DNA of 63,860 nt, counting the filler, from Hausera hauseri (lineage: Eukaryota), in the NCBI GenBank assembly GCA_046269625.1. It is 12 parts of 12 records of this genome, joined end to end, with 100 filler letters (N's around TTAATTAATTAA, not from the genome) between each part and the next. Parts side by side here need not be neighbours in the genome. Positions count along the whole stretch, not along the records: positions 12,470 to 16,826 come from JBJURY010619442.1; positions 16,927 to 21,710 come from JBJURY010436916.1; positions 21,811 to 26,200 come from JBJURY010605221.1; 9 more parts are not named here. One strand, written 5' to 3'. The number at the start of each line of letters is the position of its first letter. Position 1 is the first letter of the stretch. The position numbers and the translations under genes are program-made. Below, in pieces: positions 12,470 to 26,300 of the stretch. The notes under the pieces are model-generated. The model searched no databases. It was not told the DNA's origin and saw only the letters and a list, made by a program, of their open reading frames with translations.

Positions 12470-13737
12470 TAATTTCTATGAGCTTGTAGAGGCACATGTA
12501 CTACAGTTACAGCCCGCGTCTTTGTCGGTTTTTCAGCCAAACAAAGTAAGCTTCTTGTAGATTCTTCGGCACGAGTGGTTTTCTGTGATTGTTGTGGAAT
12601 GCGGGGTTCGTGTCTACTGACAAGAAATGCTTCAGAGCTTGGTTGAGAGTAGGAATGGAAGTTACTTCCTCGTTGCTCACCAGATCTTGTGGGAGTGTGA
12701 GCACCAAATTTTAGTTGTGCCAGAGAGGCATCGGTGCTAGTGTTGGGAGGTTTCTTCAACCCGATAGCACGATGGGTAATGCATCCAGCTAGTTCTTGTT
12801 GTCGTGGCATAGAATTCGTAAGGATAATTTGAGTGTACGATGAAATCGTTCAATCGAACTATACTCCTGTGGACGGAGAGGCGATGTATGTATATGCTTT
12901 GAACCAAGCATTATTAATGCGAGTGTTGTTGGCAGCAGGTATTGAATCAATGTTAAGGCTTTGTTTAGTTGGCCGGTGATGCTACATTGCGTAGTCCATA
13001 TTTCAAACACATGGAACCACTTCAATAGCGTTCAGTCCAAACTTATGAAGAAAGTGGGATACACTAATTTGAACTGTTTGGCCTGTGTTGCTGAAGCAGT
13101 TTCAGCTTTTTGTCAGGCGTATTGGTGTCAACACCTTTAATTTGGGGGTTGCGAACAGTATCGCATTGTTTGTAGGAAATTAATCCAAAATGGGACTATC
13201 CCATGGATGAAAAATGTTTGCGTTGTAGTAAAAAATGTGGTCCAGATATGAAGTGGCGAGCTGTTGTAGCATCACCTTCATGGATGTGTGAGATGAAAAG
13301 CGATATGCTTTTTCGACCACGTACAAAAAACTGAATTTCTCCCAGTGGTGTTGTGTCATTGGAATTGTGTGCCGATTTGTCTGTATTGGCACATGAAACC
13401 TTGTTTGGGTATATAAGCTTCGGATGTTGTTCAGTATCAGTCGTTGTGATTTTCTGATTGATAGCCGCGATGAAGGTATTGTCAGTGGGTATTGTGTGGT
13501 CATGTTCAATGATGTAAGCATGTGTGGCCTAATTATTTTCGACGCCACTGTTATTAACCGGATTAATTTCAACGGTGTTTATGAATTTGAGCCAAACTGC
13601 TATCAACGGCCGTATTTTTGTGAAGACCGGATGAATATCCGCGATTCTGTCCGAATGGAACGTGTATTTTTATATTCATAATTGTTTATGTTGACTCCTA
13701 ACGACGGGCTTTAAACGTGGATGGAACTGGGTCACCG
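12470..13737 (-). mobile_element. Internally deleted CsRN1-like Gypsy (gag N-terminus joined to integrase C-terminus)
   Basis: ORF 12789-13025 begins gag-like (KWFHVFEIW...IT) and ends integrase-like (IERFHRTLKLSLR). tRNA-Trp-like PBS GGTGACCC at 13736-13729. Confidence 0.7.
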
Positions 13738-15064
13738 TAAAGATACTTTTTACTAGTCACAACATTTATGCCGAGGATTAATAACATTTGCAACGAAACC
13801 AAATAGAAAAATTATACAAAGGCAAAATTTGGGATGAAACAATCTGAATTTTTTACAGTAGTTTGTGAAAATCTCCTGAAAATTTACATGAGACAACCCA
13901 CTGTTTCATATTTGTGTTTATTAATAAATTATCAAATGATTATATAGACCGACAATAAAAAAGCGCGGCTGCATTTTTATTAACATAAAACATGAAAATT
14001 ATGAAATGTTTTCACAATTTAAAAAAATACTTGTGTGGCAATCTACTCAACAAGGACTAATTTTTTTTCCTTATAAAATTCTTGGAAACAGTTACATAAT
14101 GCAGTAATTGTTCGTATAACTGTACATATATTTATATCATTTCCTTTCACTGTTACGACGTCACATTTACGTCCAATGATAGCTATTATCCTAATGGGAT
14201 ATAACTGATATAGATCATTTTATTGGTATTTGTGCTTGAAATATACGTAGTACTTCATGACATGTAAAAATTTCAGCGAATCAGTTTATGATTTCCGGAG
14301 GGTAAATCGATCACGCATGGTAAGACCGAATTAATAAAGCAAACGACGATGCTTTTTCCTCAAAGTTTATTAATTTAATTTGACAAGTGTAAAATTTTAT
14401 AGATTACTAGTCTGTAAAATTAATTTTCTGTTCTCAATTAATAATAGTGTATTTGTGAATTTTGTACGAATATAGTTCATATTAATCCATCAAGGTATTT
14501 TAAAATGATCCAATAGAACATATTTGATCGATGTAGCAAATACGGACCATAAAATTTAAGTAAAGATAAGCGGTTATCGACTTGCATCCAAAATCGAGTG
14601 CTAAAAAGGTACATTTTAAACAGTCTGACGACCGAATAATATTTTGCTCGACCCACCGATATAAACAGTATTCGTAAAGTGGAATTTCATCACACTTGGA
14701 TGTAAATTCATGTCAACATTGACATATTATGAATTTCGAACCGAGCTGTAAAATAAATAAAAGAAATGTCGACACAATTGAGTAGCAATGTACACGACAA
14801 AAATTAAAAGCTAATTGATCGATAACAATGGCCAATGGTCAGGAGAATATTACACGGGGGAGACGAATATGAATATCGTCAGTGAAAATGATCATTTATA
14901 TGTATTTATGTGTCAGACAAGATCTTTTCTCTCATGCATAAATATCATGCAAATTTTATTATTTCAACTTGAAAACCCTGATTTAATACTCGACTCGACG
15001 CAGCTCTCAGACCCGTACACTCTATCTCACAAGCGAACAGACACACAGTATATCTTATTAACCT

Positions 15065-16826
15065 CTATTGCCGTCCATTCTGGATGAAACCCTGGATCGT
15101 CGGGGTACCATTATGGATCTGCGATTGTTGGTTGATAATCAACTGTTGGAAATTTGAGTGACCGGGTGGCATGTGTTGTGCGAGCATTTGAGAATAGAAC
15201 GGTTGGGAATAAAAATTGTTCAATTGCTGTGGCTGTTGCGGCTGCTGCAGAGGCTGATGAAGAGACAGATGACTTTGTGTCTGTATGATTGGAATGTTCG
15301 TTGGCTGGATGATCTGAGGACGCATCTGGTGGGCTGCCGCCGATGGCATCACGTTGTGAGTTAGTGACGCTGCATTGGCAGCATCTATTGACGAAGCGTA
15401 CATATGACCGGATTCGTTGACTCCCGACTGCATGTGATCCGGTGACAGCACCATCGGCTGGGTGAAATAAAACAAATGGCCAGCCTGAGATGCTTCTGGG
15501 GCGACTGGTCGGGGAGGGAACACATGCGGCATCATCTGGGTAGGAAACGATGTCTGGTACTGCTGTAGTACGTACTGGTTGGGACCAGGAATCTGTAGAG
15601 GCACCTGGCTGGTGACCATCCTCTGTGCAGGATATGGCTGACTATGCAGGACTGTTTGCTGTGGATGGTGTTGTGCAGAAATTGTCATGTTGTTCATCCG
15701 GTTTATGAGCAGCAGTTGCTGCTGCTGTTGTTGTTGCTGAATCACATCGCAGTTAAGTTGCACACTGACTGTCGGTGCATCCTCCACATGTTCTGCCAGT
15801 TCCTCCAGCTTCTGTCTCGGTCGAAATTCCGGTGCATTCGGATTGAGCTTATGTGTGGTCGTCGTATTTGACGGTTCTGATTTCACTGTCGTTGCCGGCA
15901 CTAAAACGAAAGTTGAAATAAAAAGTTTCCTTTTATCTCCACCTGGATTAGATATAACTGCACTAAATTGCAATTCTTCATCTTGGTCATCGTCCTCCAA
16001 ATTACAGTTCCGCTTCAACACAGAGTCGTTTTCGATTTCCTTGGCGAGTCTCTCGGCTCGTTCCATTTTCTCCTGCAAGAGTGGATCAGACTTATCAATT
16101 TGTGTTGTATATTGCTCCATTTCTTCACTGAACGTGCTCTTTATGTGAAACCGTTCTTCGTTATCCTTCAGCATAACATCAGGAGGATACCAACATGCCT
16201 GATTGTCTTGCAGTGACGTATTTAAATATTCATCATCTTTATGCTCCCCATAATGACCATCATCATCATCGAAGTACGGAACCAAACTCTTGTCTTCATT
16301 CAAAATAGTCTTGTTGTTTTGTTTCCTCTGCGCGATTTCCTGATCGAGTAATACGTTTTCTGAAATTGATTAATTCATGAACATAGACAATACAAAAGAA
16401 TAAACATAAAGATACATCTATTAATTCTCAATGAAGTTGTATTATACACTTATTTAAAGCAGAATTTAGACAGATGAACATTTCTTAATTAAATAAATAC
16501 ATAAATTGTATTCATTATTAATAAATCAATAAGTCTCATGTGCATTTCACAGCTAAAAGTTTATATAACTATACAAGACACACAAACACAATTTATACAC
16601 TTACATTAACACAACACATTAATTTGTAACATAAAATAAATTAAATTATCGACAGTAAAAATATTATAATCAGAAATTTCACCAAAATACTTACCAACTT
16701 TACCATTAACATTTAATCGTTTTATATGCAAAATATCACGAACTGGAACTTCTTTTAAATCCAGTAAATCTTTCAAGATGGGCAAATTATCACGTGCCGT
16801 TAAATCGTATACAAAAACTTTCGACA
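15065..16826 (-). CDS. ATXN2: Ataxin-2 homolog, 5'-truncated by contig end; exons about 16826-16695 and 16359-15065
   Basis: LsmAD (STFSEEMEQYTTQID...AERLAKEIE), PAM2 motif KLNPNAPEFRP, Q/P-rich tail. GT..AG intron 16694-16360 keeps frame. Confidence 0.88.
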
Positions 16827-16926
16827 NNNNNNNNNNNNNNNNNNNNNNNNNNNNNNNNNNNNNNNNNNNNTTAATTAATTAANNNNNNNNNNNNNNNNNN
16901 NNNNNNNNNNNNNNNNNNNNNNNNNN
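16827..16926. other. Artificial contig linker
   Basis: N44-TTAATTAATTAA-N44. Confidence 0.99.
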
Positions 16927-17207
16927 AACATCTCGCGACGCAAGTTCATTCGCCAACTCATTGACGAGCTGCTTTCCATAAGTCCGTCAAAAGCAAAGCA
17001 CCTTGGTCAGAAGCAGCAATTTGATTTGCTGATAGCACCAAAACTCACTGCCGTCAAACGACGTCGGTGTGGCATGCAGAGTACAACAACAAGACGTCAT
17101 CAGTGTGGAAGACACTGCTGTGGTGTGCAAGCAGGTGCAAAAATAGTGGTTGTTGTATCTAGTGACTGCTTTGAATAATTCAAATGACCCATGCCGGCAT
17201 TCCAGGT
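16927..17207 (+). mobile_element. piggyBac-like transposase C-terminal remnant with possible right end
   Basis: Manual translation ISRRKFIRQLIDELL...KRRRCG...HQCGRHCCG resembles the piggyBac Cys-rich C-terminus; followed by a TIR-like CAAATGACCC motif. Confidence 0.55.
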
Positions 17208-19974
17208 AGATCCATTTATACTGAGTTCTACTATTAACATACATTTTCTTGTAGAGAATAGTCTTGCATGGACTTCTGCGGCTTCAAGTAATATAGATAC
17301 TGACAAGGTCACGTTGTAACAAAACAAAAACGTCGTCATAGTATTGTTTGACAGTCGAATAAATTGATACATTCTATTGTTTTAATTGAAATGTAACTTT
17401 CGGAATATTATCATTTGCGAATATGCACATTTGTTTTACTGACATGTTCATCAAAATTGTCGTCAATTCTGAAAGACCGACAAATAACATTTTTCAACAA
17501 TTGTAAATAGTATGTATAAAATTTGTGATTTATTACCATGATGACAGCATTATAAAAGCTGCATCTGGGTTCGAATGTGACTCAAATTACGATTAGTATT
17601 TGATTCTAATAGTAGAGGAGTATTTATAGGCTTGGGCGACAACAGTATTTATAAACAGCTTTGTTAAGAGGATCTGTTACCCATTTAATCAATCAATATT
17701 GGCTGACGTAAAGAGGACAGTTAAACATTCTCAAAGAAGTCACAATTAGCCCGAATTTCTTTAAACGACTCGCCATCCATAAACTAATACAAATCATGCA
17801 GACACAAACATGGTAGCATGTATACAAAATCCGCATGTTCGTGGACCGCACATCATCGACGTTATTCGACCACGTAGGTATCTGCAAAATACAGCAATTT
17901 CAATTTATTCAAAAAAGTATTTCAAGGAACATTCAGGACTTACTACTAAGAAAATGGAATCCAAAACGTAATAGTTTGACGAGGTTTCAATCCTTCCTAA
18001 GGGAAATCAGAATAACATTTAAGGAAATTTGATAAAATTGTTACAACATTTAATGACATACCCAAATTGCAAATTTTACCACTTAAATAACGCATAGATC
18101 CATCAAAATAGTGCAGATGTAACTTACATTTTGATGAATAAATAATTCCGTGACATTGCTGGATATTAAATCTAGAAATTAATTACAAAAAATCGCTCAA
18201 TAAAAGAATAAATAATCAAATATTTTGTTAAGTTTAAAAGGTTCTAAATAGTTTAGGCCTCGCGACCTTAAACTTAAACTTTAATTACTCTTGCAGTAAC
18301 CTGTGCGGTTACTAGTTGTTAGTTGATCCTAGGGCGTGATTCGATCGCTAGGAGGCACATTAGCGATAGTCCCCCTTATTTATCTGATTTTAGACAACCG
18401 TCCTTATGGGACGGAATACCGAAATGGGCCCTTTGTTTCTTAATTAGTTACATAGTCTTATTTAAAATTACTTATTTATTTTCTTAAAAATAAAAAGGAA
18501 CAAAAACAAACAAATATGATGATACGAATTTTAATAGTAATTAAAATCAACTAAACAAACGAGAATAATGAAAAACAATACAATGACAATAAAAGACATT
18601 TGCAATTGTTACAAACAAGACAAAATAAGAATTATAAAGCTGTGTCAAAAGAATTGTGTGTTTAGACTAGAATGTAACTCGTATTTATAGGAATAAGATG
18701 ACATACAATGTTGGAGACAATACAAAATCACGTTACGAATCATTTATGTCAATTCGGATCCGTTAATCAAATCAAAAAATGTAAATATTTTATTGGTCAG
18801 CCTTATCACAATTGTTAATTAATGTAAATCCAGTCATTAGTTATTCTGCTCGACAATTTACTAAAGTCAAAAAACTAGAAAAATTCAAGTTATGCAATTA
18901 AACACCAGAGACTGACGTTTCTACTATGGTTTTCATAAATTGACACTTAATATTTGTTACAATTAATTCCCTGTTCCCCAATATTAAACCAAAATATACA
19001 CACAAAGTAGCTTATCAAGGACAACAATTGTATGTGAGTAATGTCACTCCTTTTACAGGAATTGCACCTCACAACAGCATTTGATATTGAAACAAGTGTT
19101 TTCTCTTATTATTATTTTTATCAAATATTTTGAACCAAACTAAAATTTGTTATCAATAATATCAATGAATCAATTTGACAAGTCCTTATGATATAAAAAA
19201 TGTTTAATAAATAAAATAATTTACTTAATATTGTATAACAAATGGTAGTTTCAAAAAACCCAAATCAAAAACGATTTCTGTAATCTTTTCACCATCCTTC
19301 CAAATCATGTATGATACTTTTAAAAAGCTCTTTCTCATTATTGAGCTAGCTTGCACGTCTTGGCTGGAAATCTTCAAAAAGGAACATAACCGTTGTTAGT
19401 TAGAGGTAAAAGTAAAAACGTATGAAGATGTGTACGACATACTGCAGACGTATCACAAATCGAAGCCAAACACTAATGTCGGGACACCAATGAAAGAGAT
19501 CCAGAAAACAAGACAAACAAGTACAACAAAACAAATTTATTAATTCTAAATAACATGAACAATAAACAATAAAACAGATGCAACATCTCACAAACAGTCT
19601 ACACTATTTATGAGATAAAATGTCCGTATTGTACAAATTCAAAGATCAGCAGTTACAACAGTTTATCATTGTCATTTCAAAAATAGACTAAGAGAACAGT
19701 TGACGGAATACTTCGGTATTGAATGGAATTACATACTCATAATTCAGCTGCCGCAGAATACCATATTCAATGTATGTTATTTGATTTGACATATTATATT
19801 CGACAGGTTCACTAATCGCTATACGAACTGGTAAATATGAAACACTATGAAAGCTTACCTTCCTCAATTGCTTGGTCTTCGAACATTTCTTCAAAGTTGT
19901 CAGTTTCGTCGATCATATTGGGCTATAAGTATATACTTCAGTTTTGTTTATTCATCACAAAAGTTAGAGAACAT

Positions 19975-20620
19975 TTATTCGGTAAGCATTGGTCTCACGT
20001 TGATCAGAATCGGTCTTGTAAATCTCCTTGTAAATTGTATATTATGATACAAAAGTGCAGGATTGGCACGAGTGAGAATCAAAATCAATGCTGGTAGAAA
20101 ATCATCTGCATTCAACATTTTTAGATGCATTGTTAGATTCTGTGTTGGCATGAGATTGCAGAGCAAAAAAAAACTGACTTACAACGCCGAGCAACATCGT
20201 TTAGTGTTCATTTCAATCACTGTTGTTATTGCATCACCTGAACATGCCTTTTCGTCGAGATTTTCTTCCTTAATTGCTCTTTCCAGTATTTCTGGTGTTA
20301 TCCAATACAACGATTTGATGCGTTGAAGATTTTCCGTTTTATCATTGGTCAAATTTGATTTAAAAACCCAACCATAAATCTGATTTGTCAAATACCACTT
20401 CTTCCAGTATTTTTTTGACTGTTGTTTAGTAATACCTTTCTAAGGGCTTCATTATTAGGTCTGTCTGCATGCCATTTATGAAATTTCTGAAAATACATGG
20501 CGTGCTGCTCAATTTTTACACATTTTCCCTCTTCCAACGCATTATGATATAATTTCATTTGTATTGTAATTCCAGCAGCCGATGTTCTCTAATTTCAAAG
20601 AAAAATTGTCAAATCTATTT
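19975..20620 (-). pseudogene. RABGEF1: Rabex-5/RABGEF1-like VPS9-domain gene, frameshifted or partly deleted
   Basis: QRIKSLYWITPEIL...DAITTVIEMNTKR and [26 protein letters not shown] match the Rabex-5 helical bundle and VPS9 motifs; frames do not join cleanly. Confidence 0.72.
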
Positions 20621-21710
20621 TAAACATCGGAATTCTCGTCATATAAAAGTAAGTCGCGGAGAAATTCACTCACAAAAACCAAAAATGACCACCTTATGAT
20701 CCATTCACGATCATGGAAAATATCGTCTGCGTTTAGATAACGGTATGCGCAGCCCGGAGCCACGAAATCGAGAAGAAAAATTCTGACACCATTTGCTATG
20801 TTCCGATTGGTTAAATCTGTGAATTTTATTTTAAACGGCATAAAATTTGTGCACAAAAACAATTTTTTGACATTTTAGGGCACCAAAATATACGCCGTTT
20901 TAGGGCATCAAGATTTCGGTATCCGCAAATTCTGTAAATAAGCTGACAAGTACGGGGATTTACAAAAACCTTGCTGTCCAAAATCATAATTCATATAGAA
21001 AAGAAAAAATCAAATTGAAGATGAATTGCAATATAAAAATAAAATTGCACAAAATATAATTCCGAAACCTCAATAAAAAATTTTCAATATGGCAGTTAGA
21101 AATTCAAATGGAATGTTATTGAATCATTTTTGTTATTGCATATTAAAACAAAAAGTTCTGGAAATGTCGATCATTTGTGCAGCTAGAAAAACAAAGGTCC
21201 GGCGAATCCGGCATTTATGAGTAAACCCTCTCGCAACTCCACCGTATCCTGGTCGATTAATAATTTCGGTCATTTAAAGAGTGGTCATAAAGAATTTGGC
21301 CAATTTCTTGATTTGCTTTATTTATCATTTGCGTATTAGACGAATTTTATTGTTTGATAGCTTGCAAAAAAAGCAAATAAAATTCGGATCACAGCGTAGG
21401 AACGAAATACTGTGAAAATGAGATGTAACGACATTTGTCTAACAAGAACTGAATTTTTTATATATTTAAAAGAAATAATTATTAAATTTGTCGTCAGTAG
21501 AGAATTCAGTAAAATGTAAAAAAGCAACAAAAACTGCCAACCAAACATGGCGTTTGATGTAATATGTATGAATTTTGAAAACTTCACGAATGCACTGAAC
21601 ATGAACGATCATTCAAGGAGCACAGATAAAAATGAACAACTAGCTGCGCAAGAATTTTGATATTTGACTTTAAATACAATCCCAAACCATATAGTTAGAA
21701 GTGCCGAACC

Positions 21711-21810
21711 NNNNNNNNNNNNNNNNNNNNNNNNNNNNNNNNNNNNNNNNNNNNTTAATTAATTAANNNNNNNNNNNNNNNNNNNNNNNNNNNNNNNNNN
21801 NNNNNNNNNN
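21711..21810. other. Artificial contig linker
   Basis: N44-TTAATTAATTAA-N44. Confidence 0.99.
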
Positions 21811-22610
21811 TTTTGTATTTTTTGTATATTAACGTATTTTGGGATCTTTTGAAAATTGTTATTTGAGATAAGATTTTACGAAAAAAAAATTTTTAAATTT
21901 GTGATTTTATTTAGTATTTTGTAAGGTGGAACCTTACAATTTACATAATTTACATAAACCAAAATGTATACATAATCGACGAAATATGATAATTTGATCA
22001 ACGCACTGCACTTTGGCATAACGTGAACGACATGCGGGAGATGGAACTTTGTTCAAAGATTTTACCAAGTTCAAAATTCTTCTGCATGTTAGAAGGGGAA
22101 ATTGTAGAAGTGTGAAATGACGTAACAATTTTAGATTTGCTTGCGAAATTTTTTCATATCACAACTGGCATAAAAATATTCTGACTAGCAGTAAAGTAGT
22201 TTTCAATGTAATAAGGTCTTTGTACAGCAACATTCTGATAGATCCAGACTTATCATCAATTTTCCACAAAAAATATCTGAGTAATGTTCTTCATCATTTA
22301 CTGGGAATAACTGTAAAAGGAAAATATGAGTTTCTAGCTGAAAGTTGATATGAAAATAGAATACTCAACGAATATATTTATGTAAACAGTATAAAATTAT
22401 AAACTCGTTATACGTGTCATGAGGACATTATATCAACCATATTTTGATTTGGAGTCTGGTCAGATGATGATTGTACTGAAATTCTTTTTTAGTTCCGATG
22501 TCTGATATCTAATGTATGTTTAACGACCTGGACATTTTTGCACAGAACTGTATCTTACAATTGTCATCCATGGGTGCTGATATGGCACGAGTCACTCCCG
22601 CGACCACTGC

Positions 22611-23945
22611 ACAACATCACCCGCCCACGTGGCAAAAAAACAATGTATGGTTAAAAGGAATGATAAAACAATTGCAACAAAAGATTAATGTTTAGTGCCT
22701 ATTTGGTTTTAGTATGTATCAGGTGTTGTGTGCTATCAAGGAACTTTTTCTTGCTGTGGGTACTAAATGTCACTCTGCGTGCCTTACTTGACTGATTTAT
22801 GTTTGGCCGTTGAGCGCAATTGTGTGATAGAAGTTTTGTGAGATTATCTGGTTCAGTGTTTAGTGTTGCATGTGATGAAGATGGTGAAGGTGGTAACGAG
22901 AATGGGTCAAACAAAAAAGGCGATGCAATTAGAGGCGATGAAACAGAAGGCAATGAAGTAATGGAGGTAATTGAGGTGAAGAAAGTGGTGGAGATGATGA
23001 AAGAGAGGGACAGAAAAGTGATTGCTGCAACGGATCAAAGTCATTTAAAAATCTGAGAACGGAATGGAAGGAGTAAGAGTTGAGTTAAAATTAGAGGTAG
23101 AATTGGGATCCGGATTGGCATTAATGAAGAGAGCGGGCTTTAGATTTGATATATAAACGTGGTAAGGTTTGTTTTGGCATAAGATGGTAGCTATATGTGA
23201 TGAGAGACTAAGAAGTTTGTAAGGGCCAGAATATTGAGGTCTAAAACCCGAAGGCGATTAATACTTCAGCCATACAAACTTGGCGGTGTATAAATCCTTC
23301 GGAATGTACGATTTGTTATTGTTGAAGAGGCGGCAGAACGAGTCTGAAATGACCTCGAAGAAATGAGATTGTGCAGCACGAATATTTTCGTCTGTGGGAT
23401 TGTCGTCAAAATCGGAAAGTTTAAATAAAGCCCGAATTGGAGTCCCAAAGAGTGCCTCGGCTGGAGCACAACCAGTAGTGGTTGGGGGTCTGTTGTGCCA
23501 TTCTAGTAGAACAAATGGTAAAATGGACGTCCAATAACGGTGATTGTCAGCCAAGATTTTTAAAGCAAATTTTCATTGTTCGATGGAAGCTTCCAAGGAG
23601 GCCATTTGCTTGAGGATGATATGGTGTTGTATGGAAATGGGATATCCCCCAGCGTTTTATAAGTGATTTGAGGAACTCCGATTCAAATCCGTTATTATGT
23701 AACCTGGGGCACCAAAAGGACTGATCTAGATTTTTATAAAGGCGTCGGTTACTGAATCAGTGTTCGCTGAACGAAGAGGAACGGCTTCATGCCAGCGAGA
23801 AGCACGATCCATCATGGTGAGTATATATTGATACCCGTTGTCAGAAGGTAAAGGGCCAACGAGATCAAGATGAATTGTATGAAAACGTGAGGTACAGGGG
23901 AAATGGTAAAGCGGCGGTTTAAGATGTTTACTGATTTTGTATCTA
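22611..23945 (-). mobile_element. CsRN1-like Gypsy integrase and 3' end fragment (same family as 1474-6688)
   Basis: HLDLVGPLPSDNGYQYIL, GPYKLL, Ser/Pro tail ending RRVTFSTHS; PPT-like GGGCGGG then TGATGTTGT. Confidence 0.88.
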
Positions 23946-26200
23946 CGAAAAATAAAGTGCTCTGGAAATGTCCGACAAATAGTTAACAGAAACATGTTTG
24001 CTGAAAGTAGAACAATAACTGCAATAAGAACCAAACGTAATTTTTGCGACAAATTTAAGATACGATAACTAAACGTATAACTCAAATGGTAATAAAATGA
24101 TAACCGACTGTCTCCAACAATCAAATGAACACTGATTGAGAAAGGTTCGTTGAATTGAGATTATGGAATTGTCACAAGACTTTTGAGGTTAGTATCTGCT
24201 AGTTTCGAAGATTCTGTGAATTCCAAATCACACCAAATACGAGAGGATTGAGCGTCTATAGATTTTTCTGAAGAATTTTGCTTTTCTCAAAAAAGCACAG
24301 TGTCTTCTAGCGTAAAGCGAAAGTGACAAACGTTAAAACGTAGGACCTTGAACTTTTTCTTTGACCTTGGGACTGGATAATTTGGTCCTGGGTAATTTGG
24401 GCAATTTCGAGAGTTTCAGTTGCTTCGGAAATTCGGAACTGGGCGATTTCGTTCTGTATAATTTTGACAATTTTCTTATTAACCACATGGTGACTGACTC
24501 TGTCAAGCAAAGTCCACTGCACTTGTTCGTTAGTTAGTTTTATATTGAAGGAATGAAAGGGAAAATTTCATATTTACAATGACTCACTACTCACACTTGA
24601 AACTAATTACGTCTTTTAATGTGTGCAGATTATTGAGAGACGAACTCGATGATTTAGGCCGGATCGTGAGTTGAAAAGGAAAAAAAGAAATTTCTTGATA
24701 TATTTTGCTGCGCAATCTGATTAATCAAGCACCGAAGACCAAGACCGAGAGGCAATGTTGTAACCGGAACTCAAGCCGGTTTACGAGCATTCCACGCCGA
24801 CAACTTGTCAAGCAATTGCGTTGTGCCCGCGACCGCGGCACTATAAAAGGGTTTAACATAATCAAAAAAAGAAGACGTTTACATACGTACAAGGATTTAG
24901 TATTTATACAAAATATTCATATTGTCATAGTCCTTTACTATGGATTGTAAGATTTCAAATCACAAAATACTTGTTAATATTATTGTTTTCGAATCATTTA
25001 AATAATTGTTAATATATATCAATTTTTGATGGTTCGGATATTCTGTATTGATTTTATCTAAGCTTGAATTAGAATTTTCAATTTGTAAGTCTAGATTTTA
25101 TGGGTTTATTTTAATAGCATACCCTAACACTATCTCGAAAATATTCATGTACATAGATAATGTCATCAGAATTAAGGTTTCCAGCCAGGGCGGAACTAGC
25201 CCGGGATATATAAATTTAACATGCTTTTTGTCTTGGGGTCCCGGGTTCAAATATTTATTAAAATATCGGACTTCCCGAGATGAAGTTAAAATAGCCCGGC
25301 ATATGCTGTCAAGTCAGTCGCTCATCTTATATATAACACTCATTATTTTACAACTGTCTATGAATAATTACAGAGAAACAAAATAATTTTGATTCTTATT
25401 TAGACTTTTAAATACTGTATTAAGTAGCTCTGAAACATTTTTGTAAAATGTTTTTCACAACTTTTTGTAACGAGTACTGGATGCATACTTATATCAATAT
25501 AAGAAATATGCACATTATATATTGTTGTATATTATTGTTCAATTTGATTCCGAGCGAACGAAAATTTTCGGATTTCGTAAGGGTTACGAGGTTTTTTCAA
25601 GAAATGTGCTGTCTCCATGGGACTTTCAATGTAACAAGTAAGGTCCTATTGGATGTTCCTTAATAAGATCAACATTATTTATTAATAAACGACTGAAAAT
25701 CCAATAATTTATGATTCTCCAGTTTCAAAATGAAGGCTTCCATGTCTCTCACAATGGTATTGCTTTGTAAAAACCCTTTCTTGTTAAGTGTCCAATGCAA
25801 TAAATACAGTCTCAATCAGGTTATAGAAACAACATTTCTTGAACTTTCATTGTCAGTACAAATTTCTACTGGATCAATTTAATCCACTTGGTCCTTAGAT
25901 GTTTAACAAATCCTCTAACCAACTAGTGCAAATCATGCAGACAGCAATTTAAAATATTCATTCAACAACACCTAAAGTTATATTTAACCTCTCACAATTG
26001 AATTAGAAAATCTGTATCCAATAAATGATAACTTCATAATTATTAGAATTGTACTGTAAAATTGATAAATAAACGTTATTAATAATGATGTTTGACTACA
26101 TGTGAATGCCAATGCAGCCTGTGAATATTGCCTGTCTCTTGGCGAATAAAAAATATTTCCATGTCTTTGGTGAAGATAAATCCAATAAAATCCAAGGCCA

Positions 26201-26300
26201 NNNNNNNNNNNNNNNNNNNNNNNNNNNNNNNNNNNNNNNNNNNNTTAATTAATTAANNNNNNNNNNNNNNNNNNNNNNNNNNNNNNNNNNNNNNNNNNNN
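26201..26300. other. Artificial contig linker
   Basis: N44-TTAATTAATTAA-N44. Confidence 0.99.

Noticed and set aside
18360-18435. RNase MRP/P-like motifs (GATAGTCCCC ... ACCGAAATGGGCCC)
   Set aside because: P4 pairing is poor and the spacing (about 55 nt) is too short; kept only as a generic structured island.
24750-24965. Possible solo LTR (TGTTGT...TATAAAAG...CACA)
   Set aside because: No target-site duplication and no second copy in the window; unsupported.
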